Of a DNA stretch of 64,000 bases, positions 30,503-40,757 are shown in pieces; within the stretch, counting starts at the first letter, position 1; each line of letters starts with the position of its first letter. Position numbers and translations under genes: made by a program. Below the pieces are notes generated by a model. That model was not told the origin of the DNA and did not search any database. It worked only from the letters and a program-made list of their open reading frames with translations. The stretch is from Candidatus Poribacteria bacterium (lineage in GTDB: Bacteria > Poribacteria > WGA-4E > WGA-3G): assembly GCA_963663765.2 (NCBI GenBank), contig CAXXUA010000004.1, positions 480,001-544,000 of the forward strand, in the 5' to 3' direction.

Positions 30503-31200
30503 CTATGGACGTTCTTGTACCACAGGAATAACGTAACTTCGAATCATCAATCCATCTATCGTCTCTGTTTCTGTGCGCGGTTCTGGCGGCTCGCGATGAT
30601 CGAATACCACGTAGTAACCCTCCGTTACGCCTTCTGTTGATAGATACGCGGTGAGTTGCTGCTTTGCTTCGCCATAGTGCCGGGTACTTCGCCATATCTT
30701 TGTTTCAATGACATATTTTCTCTGATTGTGAAAAATAATCTGATCCATCCTGCCGCGGTCTGTTGGGACTTCCATATACATTGACATGTTCACGCGGGTA
30801 ATACCTTTTTCATGTGATAATGTCTCATTAGCAGCGGAAATCTGGTAGGAGCGACCTCCCGGTCGCGACCGGGAGGTCGCTCCTACCGAAGAGAGTAACC
30901 CCCTGCCAGTAAACAGTAGAATTCCTTAATGAGACAAGATTTATTTGAATTGGTATAATAAACTGGTCCAGATAAGCAAAGAGTAAGTGCTGTCCGATGA
31001 ATTCTTGAGGGTTTTCGGGGACTTGTAGAATCCTGAATCCAACTCGGGTAATTAGGTCAGGTCTTCAGCAGTAAGGGCTGCAACAGCGCGTTGGAAAAAA
31101 GTTGTCTTGCCCGATTCTCGGGGTGCAAAGATGACAATATAACGTCCCTCTTTGACGCGCTTGACGAATTCTGTGAGTTCTTCCGTTAGTGAGACAATTT
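30503..31200 (-). pseudogene. AAA-ATPase/PD-(D/E)XK nuclease gene remnant, copy B
   Basis: Walker A IFAPRESGKTT near 31105-31135, a large internal deletion near 31050, an insertion at about 30801-30958, then the same C-terminal nuclease part as copy A. Confidence 0.75.
30801..30958. mobile_element. Nested MITE/REP insertion within the AAA pseudogene
   Basis: Absent from copy A. Inner inverted repeat TGTCTCATTA / TAATGAGACA (30821-30936) encloses the palindrome GGTAGGAGCGACCTCCCGGTCGCGACCGGGAGGTCGCTCCTACC. Confidence 0.7.
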
Positions 31201-31221
31201 AATTCCCTTCATTAGAAGGCG

Positions 31222-32682
31222 TCACTCCATCTGCGGTTTTTCAAAACTTATTTTCAGCCCTTGATCGCGGAGCGTCTTTTGGATTACTGCTGCGGTTTTC
31301 TCAATTGAATCCATCTGAGCCACCGTGGTGTGAAACTGTTTGACGAAATCTGCCTGCTGGGGGGGCGTGAGTGCGTTGAGACGTTCGACATTAGGTTTGA
31401 CGACAGTTTTCTTGTTCAGGGTAAGTATGTTGTCGTTTTCAAGTTGAAAGAGGTAACGAACAAGCCCGGTGTGGTCTTTTATTTCACATTTGTGTTCTGT
31501 GCATTCGCGATATTTTTTCGGTAGCGTACACAATGGGTTATCACAGGTGAGTATTGTGCTGTGCCGGGGCTCACATGTGAAGAATGTTTCACCGCATCCC
31601 CCCACGTCCATCCTATAGCCACATAATAAGAAGCTATCGCCAGCACATGTCGGGTCTCCACATCTGGGGCAGGTATCAATCTCCGCGAGAGAACTTTTCA
31701 GTTTGTAGTATTTTATAAAAGCTGCTGTTGATATATCTGCAAGGGTGTCCCCCCATTCCGCTGCGGTGATGTCTCGTAGCGCGGATACCATCTGTTTAGG
31801 ATTTTGATTGATGCCTAAACCCATATCTGGATTTTTCTCTATTTTTCGGTATGTGAGAATTGCTGGAATAATCGGATACTGTTGGAGGAACGTCTCGGGA
31901 TAACGCGTGTGAAAATCTACGAGTGTCGGAAATGAGGAACATATTTCTTTTAGTATCTTTCGGGTTTCTATTTTGAGGCTTTGTAACAGACGGCGGGTCT
32001 CTACTGAAACGATGTCACAGAATTCTTGAAGATTAGACCGTTTTCGAGGATAGACGGTGCATGTTTTTTCGCCGGGGGTTCGGACGTGTTCCACACATAA
32101 AGCATGGTTCTCTCCACAAACGTCACAAGTGTTTTCCCCGGTATAATGATTGATGTATCCCTTATCACAGGCCAAGATGAGCTGATGGCACCTTGAACAT
32201 ATCGGGTAGTTTTTTGGCCTGCAAAATTTATCTCCGCATTTGGGGCAGGCGTCAATATCGCTTTCTGTAAAATGGAGTCCAAGTTTGTCTATTAAATACG
32301 AGGCCATGTCTCCTTGGAAAACACGTTTACAATTTATTAACGTACCTCTTCGGATACTGATGTTATTTCCGTTGACGCGTTGCGGAATAAAATCTAATGC
32401 GATCTCTGTGATATACCGGAGTAGGTCCTTCTGTTCGTTTTCTGGCAGGTTTGCAATCGGTTTTCGAAGTTTGAGAAACGGTGTAACATCATCTAGGCGT
32501 ACCTCTTTACTGACGGTCAAGAAAATGGGTATGATTGGATCATGCTCAAGCAGTTCTAAAGGGGTTTTAACTCCAAAATCGGTAAGGGTAGGATAGGGGT
32601 CTCTCCCTTTCTCAAGCTTTTCCTTGTATTGATTTTCAAGGGTTCTGATGGGGTCAATCTGTATCTGCATCTCAAGGTTCAT
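31222..32682 (-). CDS. Hypothetical protein with two tandem helical plus Cys-rich (putative zinc-binding) modules
   Basis: 486-aa ORF with RBS GGAGG; the internal repeat PTLxDF...PIIP...IDxCPxCGDxxC...CxEH occurs twice. Confidence 0.7.
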   Translation of the reverse strand: MNLEMQIQIDPIRTLENQYKEKLEKGRDPYPTLTDFGVKTPLELLEHDPIIPIFLTVSKEVRLDDVTPFLKLRKPIANLPENEQKDLLRYITEIALDFIPQRVNGNNISIRRGTLINCKRVFQGDMASYLIDKLGLHFTESDIDACPKCGDKFCRPKNYPICSRCHQLILACDKGYINHYTGENTCDVCGENHALCVEHVRTPGEKTCTVYPRKRSNLQEFCDIVSVETRRLLQSLKIETRKILKEICSSFPTLVDFHTRYPETFLQQYPIIPAILTYRKIEKNPDMGLGINQNPKQMVSALRDITAAEWGDTLADISTAAFIKYYKLKSSLAEIDTCPRCGDPTCAGDSFLLCGYRMDVGGCGETFFTCEPRHSTILTCDNPLCTLPKKYRECTEHKCEIKDHTGLVRYLFQLENDNILTLNKKTVVKPNVERLNALTPPQQADFVKQFHTTVAQMDSIEKTAAVIQKTLRDQGLKISFEKPQME

Positions 32683-32985
32683 TTTAGGAATCCTCCAATC
32701 CTCTACCCATAGGCGTCGACTTAAGAAAAAAGTGTTGGTGTTGATTCACTTCCACAATAGGTCAAAATCCTTAAGTATTGACGCATGTGGTGCAACCCGG
32801 GGATTACCGTTGGGTGAATGGGTTTGGTAGAATACGAGTATAGCATTCTACATGATTTGCTATGATTTATACCTTTGATTTCTTGATTTTCCGGTCCTTA
32901 CGACATAAATTAATAATCCACAATTTTATTCTATCTCAGAATATTTATTGAGGACAATTGCATCTAAAATCTACCAAAATTGAGT

Positions 32986-34524
32986 TTACGGTGATACGGT
33001 AGCAAGCGATTGTAACTCTTTGCCAATATATAAAAGCATCTTATCAAGACTCTGGTACATCTGAATAGTCTTGTTAACTTCACCAACTTTTATTATACGA
33101 ATTGCTTCTTGGAGTTGTGTATCAAACCTTAAGTCCACAATCTGTTCAATACCTACGTTGAGGTTAAAGAGTTGTTGCGCACGAAGTGTCATCCAACGTA
33201 GACTTACTCGATATCCATTCTGCATAAGTGTTTGTCGAAATGCTGGTAGTTCCTTTTCAAGCAAACTAAAATCTCTCGGAAGTTCTCCAGTACGCATAAC
33301 CTCCTGCTCAATCCAATTCGCAACAAAATCCTCTACCGAATCCTTTTCTATAACAAGTCTCTGCATAATCTGTTCCAATTTTTCAGGTTGTTCTTCGGCA
33401 ATTTCTACTTGAGGTGTAATACCAGATTTGTCAATAGATGTACCATTCGGTGTATAGTATGAGGAGATCGTAAGGGACATAGCACCAATCCCAGTAAGAG
33501 GATACCGTTTTTGAACTACACCTTTCCCATAGGTTTTTGTTCCAACAAGAATACCACGACCAGTGTCTTTTATCGCCCCCGCAACAATTTCAGAAGCACT
33601 CGCACTATATTGATCAACAAGCACAACAAGCGGTATTTTAGGATCACACAAGACTGCGGAATGTGCAGGATACTCGCCATCAAATACTGACTTTCTACCC
33701 TTCGTTGAAACAATCACACCTTCGTCAATAAACGCATCCGCGATATGATACGCGGTCTCAAGTAGTCCACCTTTATTACTACGCAAATCCAAAATCAAGG
33801 CTTTCATTCCTGCTTTTACATGTGCTTCAAGTGCGTTGTTGAATTCCTCTTCTGTTCCTCCAACTCGATCCTTTCCAATAAACTCAATAATTCGAATATA
33901 CCCAATCTTGTTATCAAGCATCGTTGACTGTACGCTGGAGATAGATATTTTGGCACGTGTCAATTTTACATCAAAGGGTTCAATAAATTTTCTCTGAACA
34001 GTGATCGTCACCTCAGAATCAACTTCACCTCTTAGTAAATCAACGACATCATCAATCGTCATACCCGATCTTTCACCCAAATATATCTGTTTCCCATTTA
34101 CCTTCGTGATATAATCTCCAGCTTTTAATTGCGCTGATTCAGCAGGGGTGCCAGGAATCGGTTTAGATATCTTAATAAATCCACGATGATCCGGGTAAAT
34201 GTTAATACCAAGTCCCCCAAATTCCGCATTGTATAAATTCTCAACTGATCGTTGATGGTCACGTTCTGATATGAAAAAGGTGTACGGATCACCTATTGCT
34301 GCAAATGCCCCTTTAATTGCTCCTAAATACATCTCGTCTCTGTCAATGGGTTTATAATAGTTTTTCTCTACAGTATATAAAGCCCTCTCAAGTGCTTCAT
34401 TCAACATTCTAAGTGTTATACGTTCTTTTTCATTTGCCGCATCTTTTTCACTTGAATGTATGAGAAGGAGTGGAACGCCAATTGCAATCACTAAAACGAA
34501 GATGGAGAGAGTGAATCTTTTCAT
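32986..34524 (-). CDS. ctpA: Carboxy-terminal processing protease (S41A, PDZ)
   Basis: DPYT, FGGLGI, ILDLRSNKGG, SASASEI, TYGKGVVQ. Confidence 0.9.
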   Translation of the reverse strand: MKRFTLSIFVLVIAIGVPLLLIHSSEKDAANEKERITLRMLNEALERALYTVEKNYYKPIDRDEMYLGAIKGAFAAIGDPYTFFISERDHQRSVENLYNAEFGGLGINIYPDHRGFIKISKPIPGTPAESAQLKAGDYITKVNGKQIYLGERSGMTIDDVVDLLRGEVDSEVTITVQRKFIEPFDVKLTRAKISISSVQSTMLDNKIGYIRIIEFIGKDRVGGTEEEFNNALEAHVKAGMKALILDLRSNKGGLLETAYHIADAFIDEGVIVSTKGRKSVFDGEYPAHSAVLCDPKIPLVVLVDQYSASASEIVAGAIKDTGRGILVGTKTYGKGVVQKRYPLTGIGAMSLTISSYYTPNGTSIDKSGITPQVEIAEEQPEKLEQIMQRLVIEKDSVEDFVANWIEQEVMRTGELPRDFSLLEKELPAFRQTLMQNGYRVSLRWMTLRAQQLFNLNVGIEQIVDLRFDTQLQEAIRIIKVGEVNKTIQMYQSLDKMLLYIGKELQSLATVSP

Positions 34525-34635
34525 GAGTATACTCCAAACTTATGTATTGGTCAGACTGTTTTCTAATGTTGTGTTATCTGGATGATCATATATTATCACA
34601 ATCCCATTATATCTTCAATTGATTTTTGTATTGAT

Positions 34636-34818
34636 GGGTGTGTAAAGTTTTTGTAGAAACTCTGATATTAAAAGAAGTGCGTCCAGTTACTATCAAAGCT
34701 TGCTTGACGTTAGGGAACTGTGGACATCGTAGGGGCGAGGTTTCCTCGCCAGCGTAAGACTTCTTTTCGTGCGTGGAGACCCCGCCCCTACGCACAGTAA
34801 CCAAAACTTTACACACCC
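34636..34818 (+). mobile_element. 183-bp MITE with the ISKra4-like terminal repeats and REP cargo
   Basis: GGGTGTGTAAAGTTTT...AAAACTTTACACACCC, flanked by the 9-bp direct repeat TGTATTGAT; two GTAG REP-like hairpins inside. Confidence 0.88.
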
Positions 34819-34881
34819 TGTATTGATTCCCAATGACTCCATTTTGTTGGATGGTTGAAACTCAGATTTCCCCGTTTCACA

Positions 34882-35787
34882 TCATTTCGTATTCGGTCTC
34901 GTTTTCCATCTATTGTGTAACCAAAGCCATTGCTCCGGATATTCAATGATGTATCCCTCTAACGTTTCCATTAACTTTCTCGTCCATTTTTCAATATCTT
35001 TCTCAGTATCGTTTGTTTTTTCCAAGTGAATAGGGGGAGAAATATAAACACGATGTTTGTCATTAGGAAGGCGAATATCCAATGAGAAAATTATGGGTGC
35101 TCCTGTTTTCAAAGCAAGAGCTACAGGTCCTCTTGCAGTAGAAGCGAGTTTACCAAAAAAATCAACAAACACACCCTGTTCTCCAGCATTCTGATCGGCG
35201 AAAAATCCTACTGCATTTTTGTCTTTTAGTGTTCGTAACGTTTCACGAACTGCCTGCTGTTTTGGGATTATTTCTAAACTTAGAAGTTCACGCCGTCTCC
35301 AAATAAATGTATTTAACTTTTCATTCTTCAATGGAAATGCTATTGCTTTCCCACGATTTGGAATGAGAACTCCGTATACAAGCGAAAGTAGCTCCCAATT
35401 CCCAAAATGTGGTAAAAACACGATGACACCTTTCTCTTCAGATAATGCATTATAAAGATGTTCTCTACCTTCAACGGACACTTCATCCCAGATGTTATCA
35501 GCATTCAATTTTGTGAAACGCAGAAACTCAATAATTGTCTTACTGAAATTGACAAAACTCGCTCTACATATTTCAGTCCGATTTTCGTCACTTAGGCCGT
35601 TTCCAAAAGCGATCTGTAAATTATTAAGTGCTATTTCCCTCCGTTTCTTGAGAGTCATATAAAGCATTCTACCGATTCCGGTTGCAAGTATGATTGATAA
35701 CTTTTTAGGCAGCACATTACAGACCCAACTGAACGTCAACACCATCAGATACACGAAACTATCTTTCCATTTACTTCTTGTGGACAT
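34882..35787 (-). CDS. Lipid A lauroyl/lysophospholipid acyltransferase (HtrB/LpxL family)
   Basis: HFGNWE, ADQ, FVDFFG, PEQWLWLHNRWK. Confidence 0.88.
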   Translation of the reverse strand: MSTRSKWKDSFVYLMVLTFSWVCNVLPKKLSIILATGIGRMLYMTLKKRREIALNNLQIAFGNGLSDENRTEICRASFVNFSKTIIEFLRFTKLNADNIWDEVSVEGREHLYNALSEEKGVIVFLPHFGNWELLSLVYGVLIPNRGKAIAFPLKNEKLNTFIWRRRELLSLEIIPKQQAVRETLRTLKDKNAVGFFADQNAGEQGVFVDFFGKLASTARGPVALALKTGAPIIFSLDIRLPNDKHRVYISPPIHLEKTNDTEKDIEKWTRKLMETLEGYIIEYPEQWLWLHNRWKTRPNTK

Positions 35788-35791
35788 AACA

Positions 35792-37672
35792 TTACCTGTC
35801 CAATACCTCATCTAATTGCCATAGATAACCAAGACCGTCCCAACCACCTGTTGCTAACTTTTTTCCATCTGGACTGAAACTTACTGCTTTCACTCCTCCA
35901 ATATGAGCTAAACAAGTATTTATGTGTTGTCCTGATTCTATATCCCAGAGTTGGGTTCCTGCACCCCAACATGCAAGTGCTATGGTTTTTCCATCAGGAC
36001 TAAAAACGAGATCTTCAACAAGAGATATTCTAATGTCAATTGTTTTCTTGATTGTTTGGGTTTGGACATCCCAAAGTATAACTGTTCTATCTCTACTGTA
36101 ACTTGCAAGAGTCTTACCATCCGGACTAAAACTGACACAATTAACTTCTTTTGTATGTCCCTCAAGAGTCATTATATAATTACCAAATTGCATATCCCAG
36201 AGACGAACGTTCGTATCATTGCTTGCACTTGCTAATAGTTTCCCATCAGGACTAATACTTACTGCATTAACTGTCTGTGAATGTCCTTCTAATATACGGT
36301 TATCTCTTTCAATATCTAAATCCCAAATTCTCACAACACTATCACTACTTCCACTTACGACCTTCTTACCATTTGGTGAAAAAGCTACACACATAACAGG
36401 ACCATCATGATTACTGAAAATATGCTTTTGAGTTCCACTGGAGATATCCCAAATAATTACATTTCTAGCCCAACCCGCACTTGCGATATGCTTGCCATCT
36501 GGACTGAAACTACATGCCAAAACATATTCTTTATGCTTTGAAAGTGTTTTGATTAATTCTCCTGAATCAGAATCCCAAATACAAAGAGTTCCTTGGTCTC
36601 TATTAGCAGTAACCACAGATTTGCCATCTGGACTAAAACTAATGTCTCTTACCACACTTGTATGTCCTTCAATTGTATTTAAATGTGCTTCGTTTTCATA
36701 ATCCCAAAATCGTATTGTGCCATCTCTACTTCCCGTTACAATCGTTTTTCCATCTGGACTAAAATTGATACTTACAAGAGTCAATGTGTGACCAGTAAAA
36801 GCTATAAGACGTGTTCCCGTTTTTACATCCCATAATCGTAGTGTTCCATCTGTATGACCAGAGAGCAACATATTTCCATCGGGACTAAAACATATCGTTT
36901 GAACTAGTGATGCACCATTTGTAGGGAAAACATTAGATTTGCCAGATGCTACATCCAACAGCATAATCGCTCGTTCATTGAATGCACTTGCAATCGTCTT
37001 TCCATCCGGACTAAAACTAATGTTATTCACACTACGTGAATGTTTAGGAAACACATGTTTGATAGCACCTGATTCTGCATCCCACAGTCGAACTGTCTGA
37101 TCCCAACTTGCACTCGCAATCGTTTTCCCATCCGGACTATAACTAACATCATCTATAATGCCGGTATGTCCAGAGAGTATTCTAATTGTTTTACCCGATG
37201 CGACATCCCAGAGTCTGAGAGTTGGTTCTCCTTGTCCGCCGCCTGTTACAATCGTCTTACCATCCGGACTATAATTAACACTCCAGACGGTATCTTTGTA
37301 GCCAATCAAAACATCCTGAATTTCACCAGATTTCGCATCCCACAAAATCACTTTTCGTCCACTTCCTACACTTGTAATCGTCTTTCCATCCGGACTATAA
37401 CAAAAATCGCTACATGTTCCATCGTGGGCAGTTAGTAATGTAATTAACTCTAATGTATTAACATCATAGATCCAAATACAGAATTGTGTTCCAACTGCAA
37501 CTTGTTTACCATCGTGAGAAAACGCAACATCTTTTACAAAACTCTTACCAAGTCTGGCGTAAGTGCCTTGTGGCAAATTCATTTGAGTTATATCAGCTGC
37601 ATGAGCTATAGATGAAATAACAATTATAGCAATAAAGAGTATTAAAGAGAAATAGATGTGGTTGGTTTTCAT
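35792..37672 (-). CDS. Secreted WD40-repeat protein
   Basis: Signal peptide and about 13-14 GH...FSPDG...WD repeats. Confidence 0.9.
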   Translation of the reverse strand: MKTNHIYFSLILFIAIIVISSIAHAADITQMNLPQGTYARLGKSFVKDVAFSHDGKQVAVGTQFCIWIYDVNTLELITLLTAHDGTCSDFCYSPDGKTITSVGSGRKVILWDAKSGEIQDVLIGYKDTVWSVNYSPDGKTIVTGGGQGEPTLRLWDVASGKTIRILSGHTGIIDDVSYSPDGKTIASASWDQTVRLWDAESGAIKHVFPKHSRSVNNISFSPDGKTIASAFNERAIMLLDVASGKSNVFPTNGASLVQTICFSPDGNMLLSGHTDGTLRLWDVKTGTRLIAFTGHTLTLVSINFSPDGKTIVTGSRDGTIRFWDYENEAHLNTIEGHTSVVRDISFSPDGKSVVTANRDQGTLCIWDSDSGELIKTLSKHKEYVLACSFSPDGKHIASAGWARNVIIWDISSGTQKHIFSNHDGPVMCVAFSPNGKKVVSGSSDSVVRIWDLDIERDNRILEGHSQTVNAVSISPDGKLLASASNDTNVRLWDMQFGNYIMTLEGHTKEVNCVSFSPDGKTLASYSRDRTVILWDVQTQTIKKTIDIRISLVEDLVFSPDGKTIALACWGAGTQLWDIESGQHINTCLAHIGGVKAVSFSPDGKKLATGGWDGLGYLWQLDEVLDR

Positions 37673-37866
37673 TTACGAATCCTTATCTACATGGAGAATA
37701 AGAGTGGAAGTACTTAGATTTATATTCTATATAAATATTGGATAGATGTCAATATTAACCCTATCCTTGCGCGGTTATTCAGTTTTGAGAATCTATCGTT
37801 ATACCAGTTAACTTTGGGTTAAGATTAGTGAAATATATATAGGAATTTTTGTGGTATTCTTGTTTA

Positions 37867-38015
37867 TTGTCTGAACCAGGATTTTCAGGATTAGCAGATT
37901 TTCAGGATTTACCTCATCATGGGTTTTTGATATGCGTTTATGCTCTCTTTTGGAATAGGATTGGATGAGAAAAATCTTGATAATCTGCTAATCCTGAAAA
38001 TCCTGGTTCAGACAA
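37867..38015. repeat. Long inverted repeat built of about 9-bp subrepeats
   Basis: TTGTCTGAACCAGGATTTTCAGGATTAGCAGATT... mirrored by ...AATCTGCTAATCCTGAAAATCCTGGTTCAGACAA. Confidence 0.8.
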
Positions 38016-38080
38016 AGAATAAATATACTACCCAGATACTCTAAAAAACTACAAGACAAGATATTACCCGATTATTTAAT

Positions 38081-38238
38081 CAGGACTTACGCAGTTTTCA
38101 TGATCCAATCAAGAATTAAGACGAAAACGATGTAATTTTCAGCATTTTTTAGGTTTCCGGCGCGCTTACAAAGCACCAAATCAACGGTATGAATGCCATT
38201 TAGGCATTCCCCGCCTACCGTTGGGTGCGTAAGTCCTG
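38081..38238. mobile_element. MITE with CAGGACTTACGCA terminal repeats, carrying a REP and the mini-element
   Basis: CAGGACTTACGCA / TGCGTAAGTCCTG with a flanking TTAAT direct repeat. Confidence 0.75.
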
Positions 38239-38588
38239 TTAATTTATCTTCATGCGGGACTGAAGAGTATGGTTGATATTAACAATATTTCCTTATATTG
38301 ACACCTATGGGTCTCTGTGTCCCGTAATCTCTGTTTAATCAGTTGCGGCGGGGCACAGAGACCCGGCGAATGCCTTTGGGCGAATGCATGTATGGTATTC
38401 GCCACGATTCATACCGTTGATTTCGCACTACAATGGAGAATGAGCAGTTTGTGCAAATACTTTACACACTACCACAACTCTGAATTATTCATTGAATCAT
38501 AATCGCACTTTTGGTATACTTTCTATACGAACATAATTCTGCGGTTGGATATGTATAAGGAAAATCAGAAGAAGTGAGGAGAAATGTT

Positions 38589-39242
38589 ATGAAAAACCTA
38601 ATCGTTATTGCAATAATTACACTTATGGTATCATCTGCGTTTGCTCACACCGCAGAAACACAGATGGTTCAAGGAGAGTATATTGAAGCACGGTCAGTCA
38701 GTGTATATGTCGGTGCATGTCATTTCGGAGCAGAATACGTTGAAGGTGGTAAAGAAGCAACGTTAATTTGGAACATCCATAGCGGAAGTTGGAACAATGT
38801 CTCTTTGGACGGATTAACCGTTGTTGCTGTCGTAAGTGCAAAAAACAATCTTGCTCTTGATACAAAAACACGAAAAAGCGTGTTGTACATAGACTCAAAA
38901 GCAACTAAGAAACAACGTACTGCTATCACCAACATGTTGATAACAAAACATGCCGATGCTCTTGGAAAAGTCGTTTCTACAATAACTTCACCAGTCACAT
39001 TCCAAAAGAATGGCACGAAATATGATGTCGCAGTTAGCAAAGTATTGGCATTGTCAGTAAATCGTTACCCTTGTGCAAAATGCACACAACCCCATAAAAT
39101 TTGGTATGAACCCTTAACAAAAATTGGGAATGCAATCGTTGGAAAATCTGTCATCTATCGTTACAAAGACAAATATCTGCCAGTAAAGTGGCAACAAGGC
39201 GATGAAATTAACAATGTTTTCGTAGGTAGTTTTTCAATTTGA
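38589..39242 (+). CDS. Secreted DUF1326-like protein
   Basis: Signal peptide; GEYIEARSVSVYVGACH and GSWNNVSLDGLTVVAVV motifs. Confidence 0.65.
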   Translation: MKNLIVIAIITLMVSSAFAHTAETQMVQGEYIEARSVSVYVGACHFGAEYVEGGKEATLIWNIHSGSWNNVSLDGLTVVAVVSAKNNLALDTKTRKSVLYIDSKATKKQRTAITNMLITKHADALGKVVSTITSPVTFQKNGTKYDVAVSKVLALSVNRYPCAKCTQPHKIWYEPLTKIGNAIVGKSVIYRYKDKYLPVKWQQGDEINNVFVGSFSI

Positions 39243-39394
39243 AGATTTACACACAGAAGTGTAGACATACACCCAAACAATAGGTAGGCGGGGAATACCA
39301 TAGTGCATTCTCCACCTACCTATTAAGTGTGTAATTAATACCAAAATCTACCATAAACGAAACATATTACCTATACCCTATTCAGAATAGCATT

Positions 39395-40042
39395 CTACAT
39401 TGTATCTCTTAATCCAGCAATAGCACCTATCATCCTTACTCCCATTTGCTGATATTTCTCGCGTTTCACATCTGATTCTACTATGTCAGTAAAGTCAATC
39501 GGTTCCCCAAACCTTACTTTCAGTTGTGTGCGTCTCAGACGTTTCTCACCACGTGGTAACATCTTTTCTGCTCCTAAGTGATATGCCGGAATCGTGGGAA
39601 CTTTAGCGTGGTCTGCAATAAAACACGCACCATCATGTGCCTTACCCAAAGTTCCATCAAAACTGCGAGTTCCCTCCGGAAAAATTAGTACAACATTACC
39701 ATCCTTCAGAAGTGAGATAGTATTTCGCAATGCCCCTAAATCGGGTTTACCCCTATTCACAGGGTATGCATTAAATGTTGAAATCAGTTGACTCAATCCC
39801 GGCACTTCAAATACATTGCTACGTGCCATAAAATGTATCTCACGATTCGCCGCAGAACCAACAATAACTGGATCTATCAAACTGATATGGTTTGCAACAA
39901 TCAACACACCACCTTCTCTTGGAATACGAATAGCACCTTCAACTTCAAGATTTCCCACAACTTTACAGAATAAGTTTGTCAGTCTATGTGCCCAACGATA
40001 TAGTCGATTAGGAGTCCAGAATTGTTGGTTGGTATACCACAT
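39395..40042 (-). CDS. plsC: 1-acyl-sn-glycerol-3-phosphate acyltransferase
   Basis: NHISLID and IFPEGTRS motifs; downstream of cmk. Confidence 0.88.
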   Translation of the reverse strand: MWYTNQQFWTPNRLYRWAHRLTNLFCKVVGNLEVEGAIRIPREGGVLIVANHISLIDPVIVGSAANREIHFMARSNVFEVPGLSQLISTFNAYPVNRGKPDLGALRNTISLLKDGNVVLIFPEGTRSFDGTLGKAHDGACFIADHAKVPTIPAYHLGAEKMLPRGEKRLRRTQLKVRFGEPIDFTDIVESDVKREKYQQMGVRMIGAIAGLRDTM

Positions 40043-40083
40043 AAAAATCTTATAGTTTAATGTGTAAAGCAATCAGTTAATTA

Positions 40084-40755
40084 TTATGTTTCATTATTGA
40101 CTCTTGATACTATATAATCAACAACGTCGTCTATCGTCTTGCCCGTTGAGTCAACTACTATTGCGTCTTTGGCAGTTCTCAATGGACTATGTTCCCGTGA
40201 TTTATCCTTCTTATCGCGTTCACTAATTTCTTTCTCTACAGCATCCAACGTTGTATCTACATCCTGTGCTTTAAGATCAGCAAATCTACGTTTCGCTCGT
40301 TCCTGAACAGACGCATCAAGGTAGAATTTAAAATCCGCATTTGGAAAAACTATAGTTGTCAAATCACGACCTTCTGCGATGATATTTCCTTTTTCACCAA
40401 TACGCACTTGATGCGCAACAATTTCTTGACGTATCTCAGGTACTTTCGCAATGTCAGCAACTAATAGATTGATTTCTTGAGAACGTATCCTTTCTGAGAC
40501 ATCCTCGTTATTCAGAAAAATCGTTTTACCATTATTCTCAAATTCTATATTACACTTTTTAACAAGTTCAATCAGTTTTGTTCTATGATTTTCAACTTTG
40601 TTATCAATAGCAAGCACTGTAACTGCCCTGTACATCGCTCCAGAATCGAGGTATAGCAATCCAAGTCGATCTGCAACACACCGAGCGACGGTGCTTTTCC
40701 CAGACCCAGCTGGACCGTCCATCGCTATTGTCACACACTTTGTTTTCTTTTTCAT
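40084..40755 (-). CDS. cmk: Cytidylate kinase
   Basis: DGPAGSGKST, LDSGAMYRA, EGRD, RDKKDKSREHSPL. Confidence 0.95.
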   Translation of the reverse strand: MKKKTKCVTIAMDGPAGSGKSTVARCVADRLGLLYLDSGAMYRAVTVLAIDNKVENHRTKLIELVKKCNIEFENNGKTIFLNNEDVSERIRSQEINLLVADIAKVPEIRQEIVAHQVRIGEKGNIIAEGRDLTTIVFPNADFKFYLDASVQERAKRRFADLKAQDVDTTLDAVEKEISERDKKDKSREHSPLRTAKDAIVVDSTGKTIDDVVDYIVSRVNNET

Positions 40756-40757
40756 TT

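Noticed and set aside
32690-32830. Structured leader upstream of the Cys-rich gene
   Set aside because: No recognisable riboswitch consensus or convincing terminator.
34607-34816. Small ORFs 34607-34816 and 2457-2726 sharing TGRTSFNI...TKTLHT
   Set aside because: The similarity comes from the MITE DNA; there is no evidence of coding.
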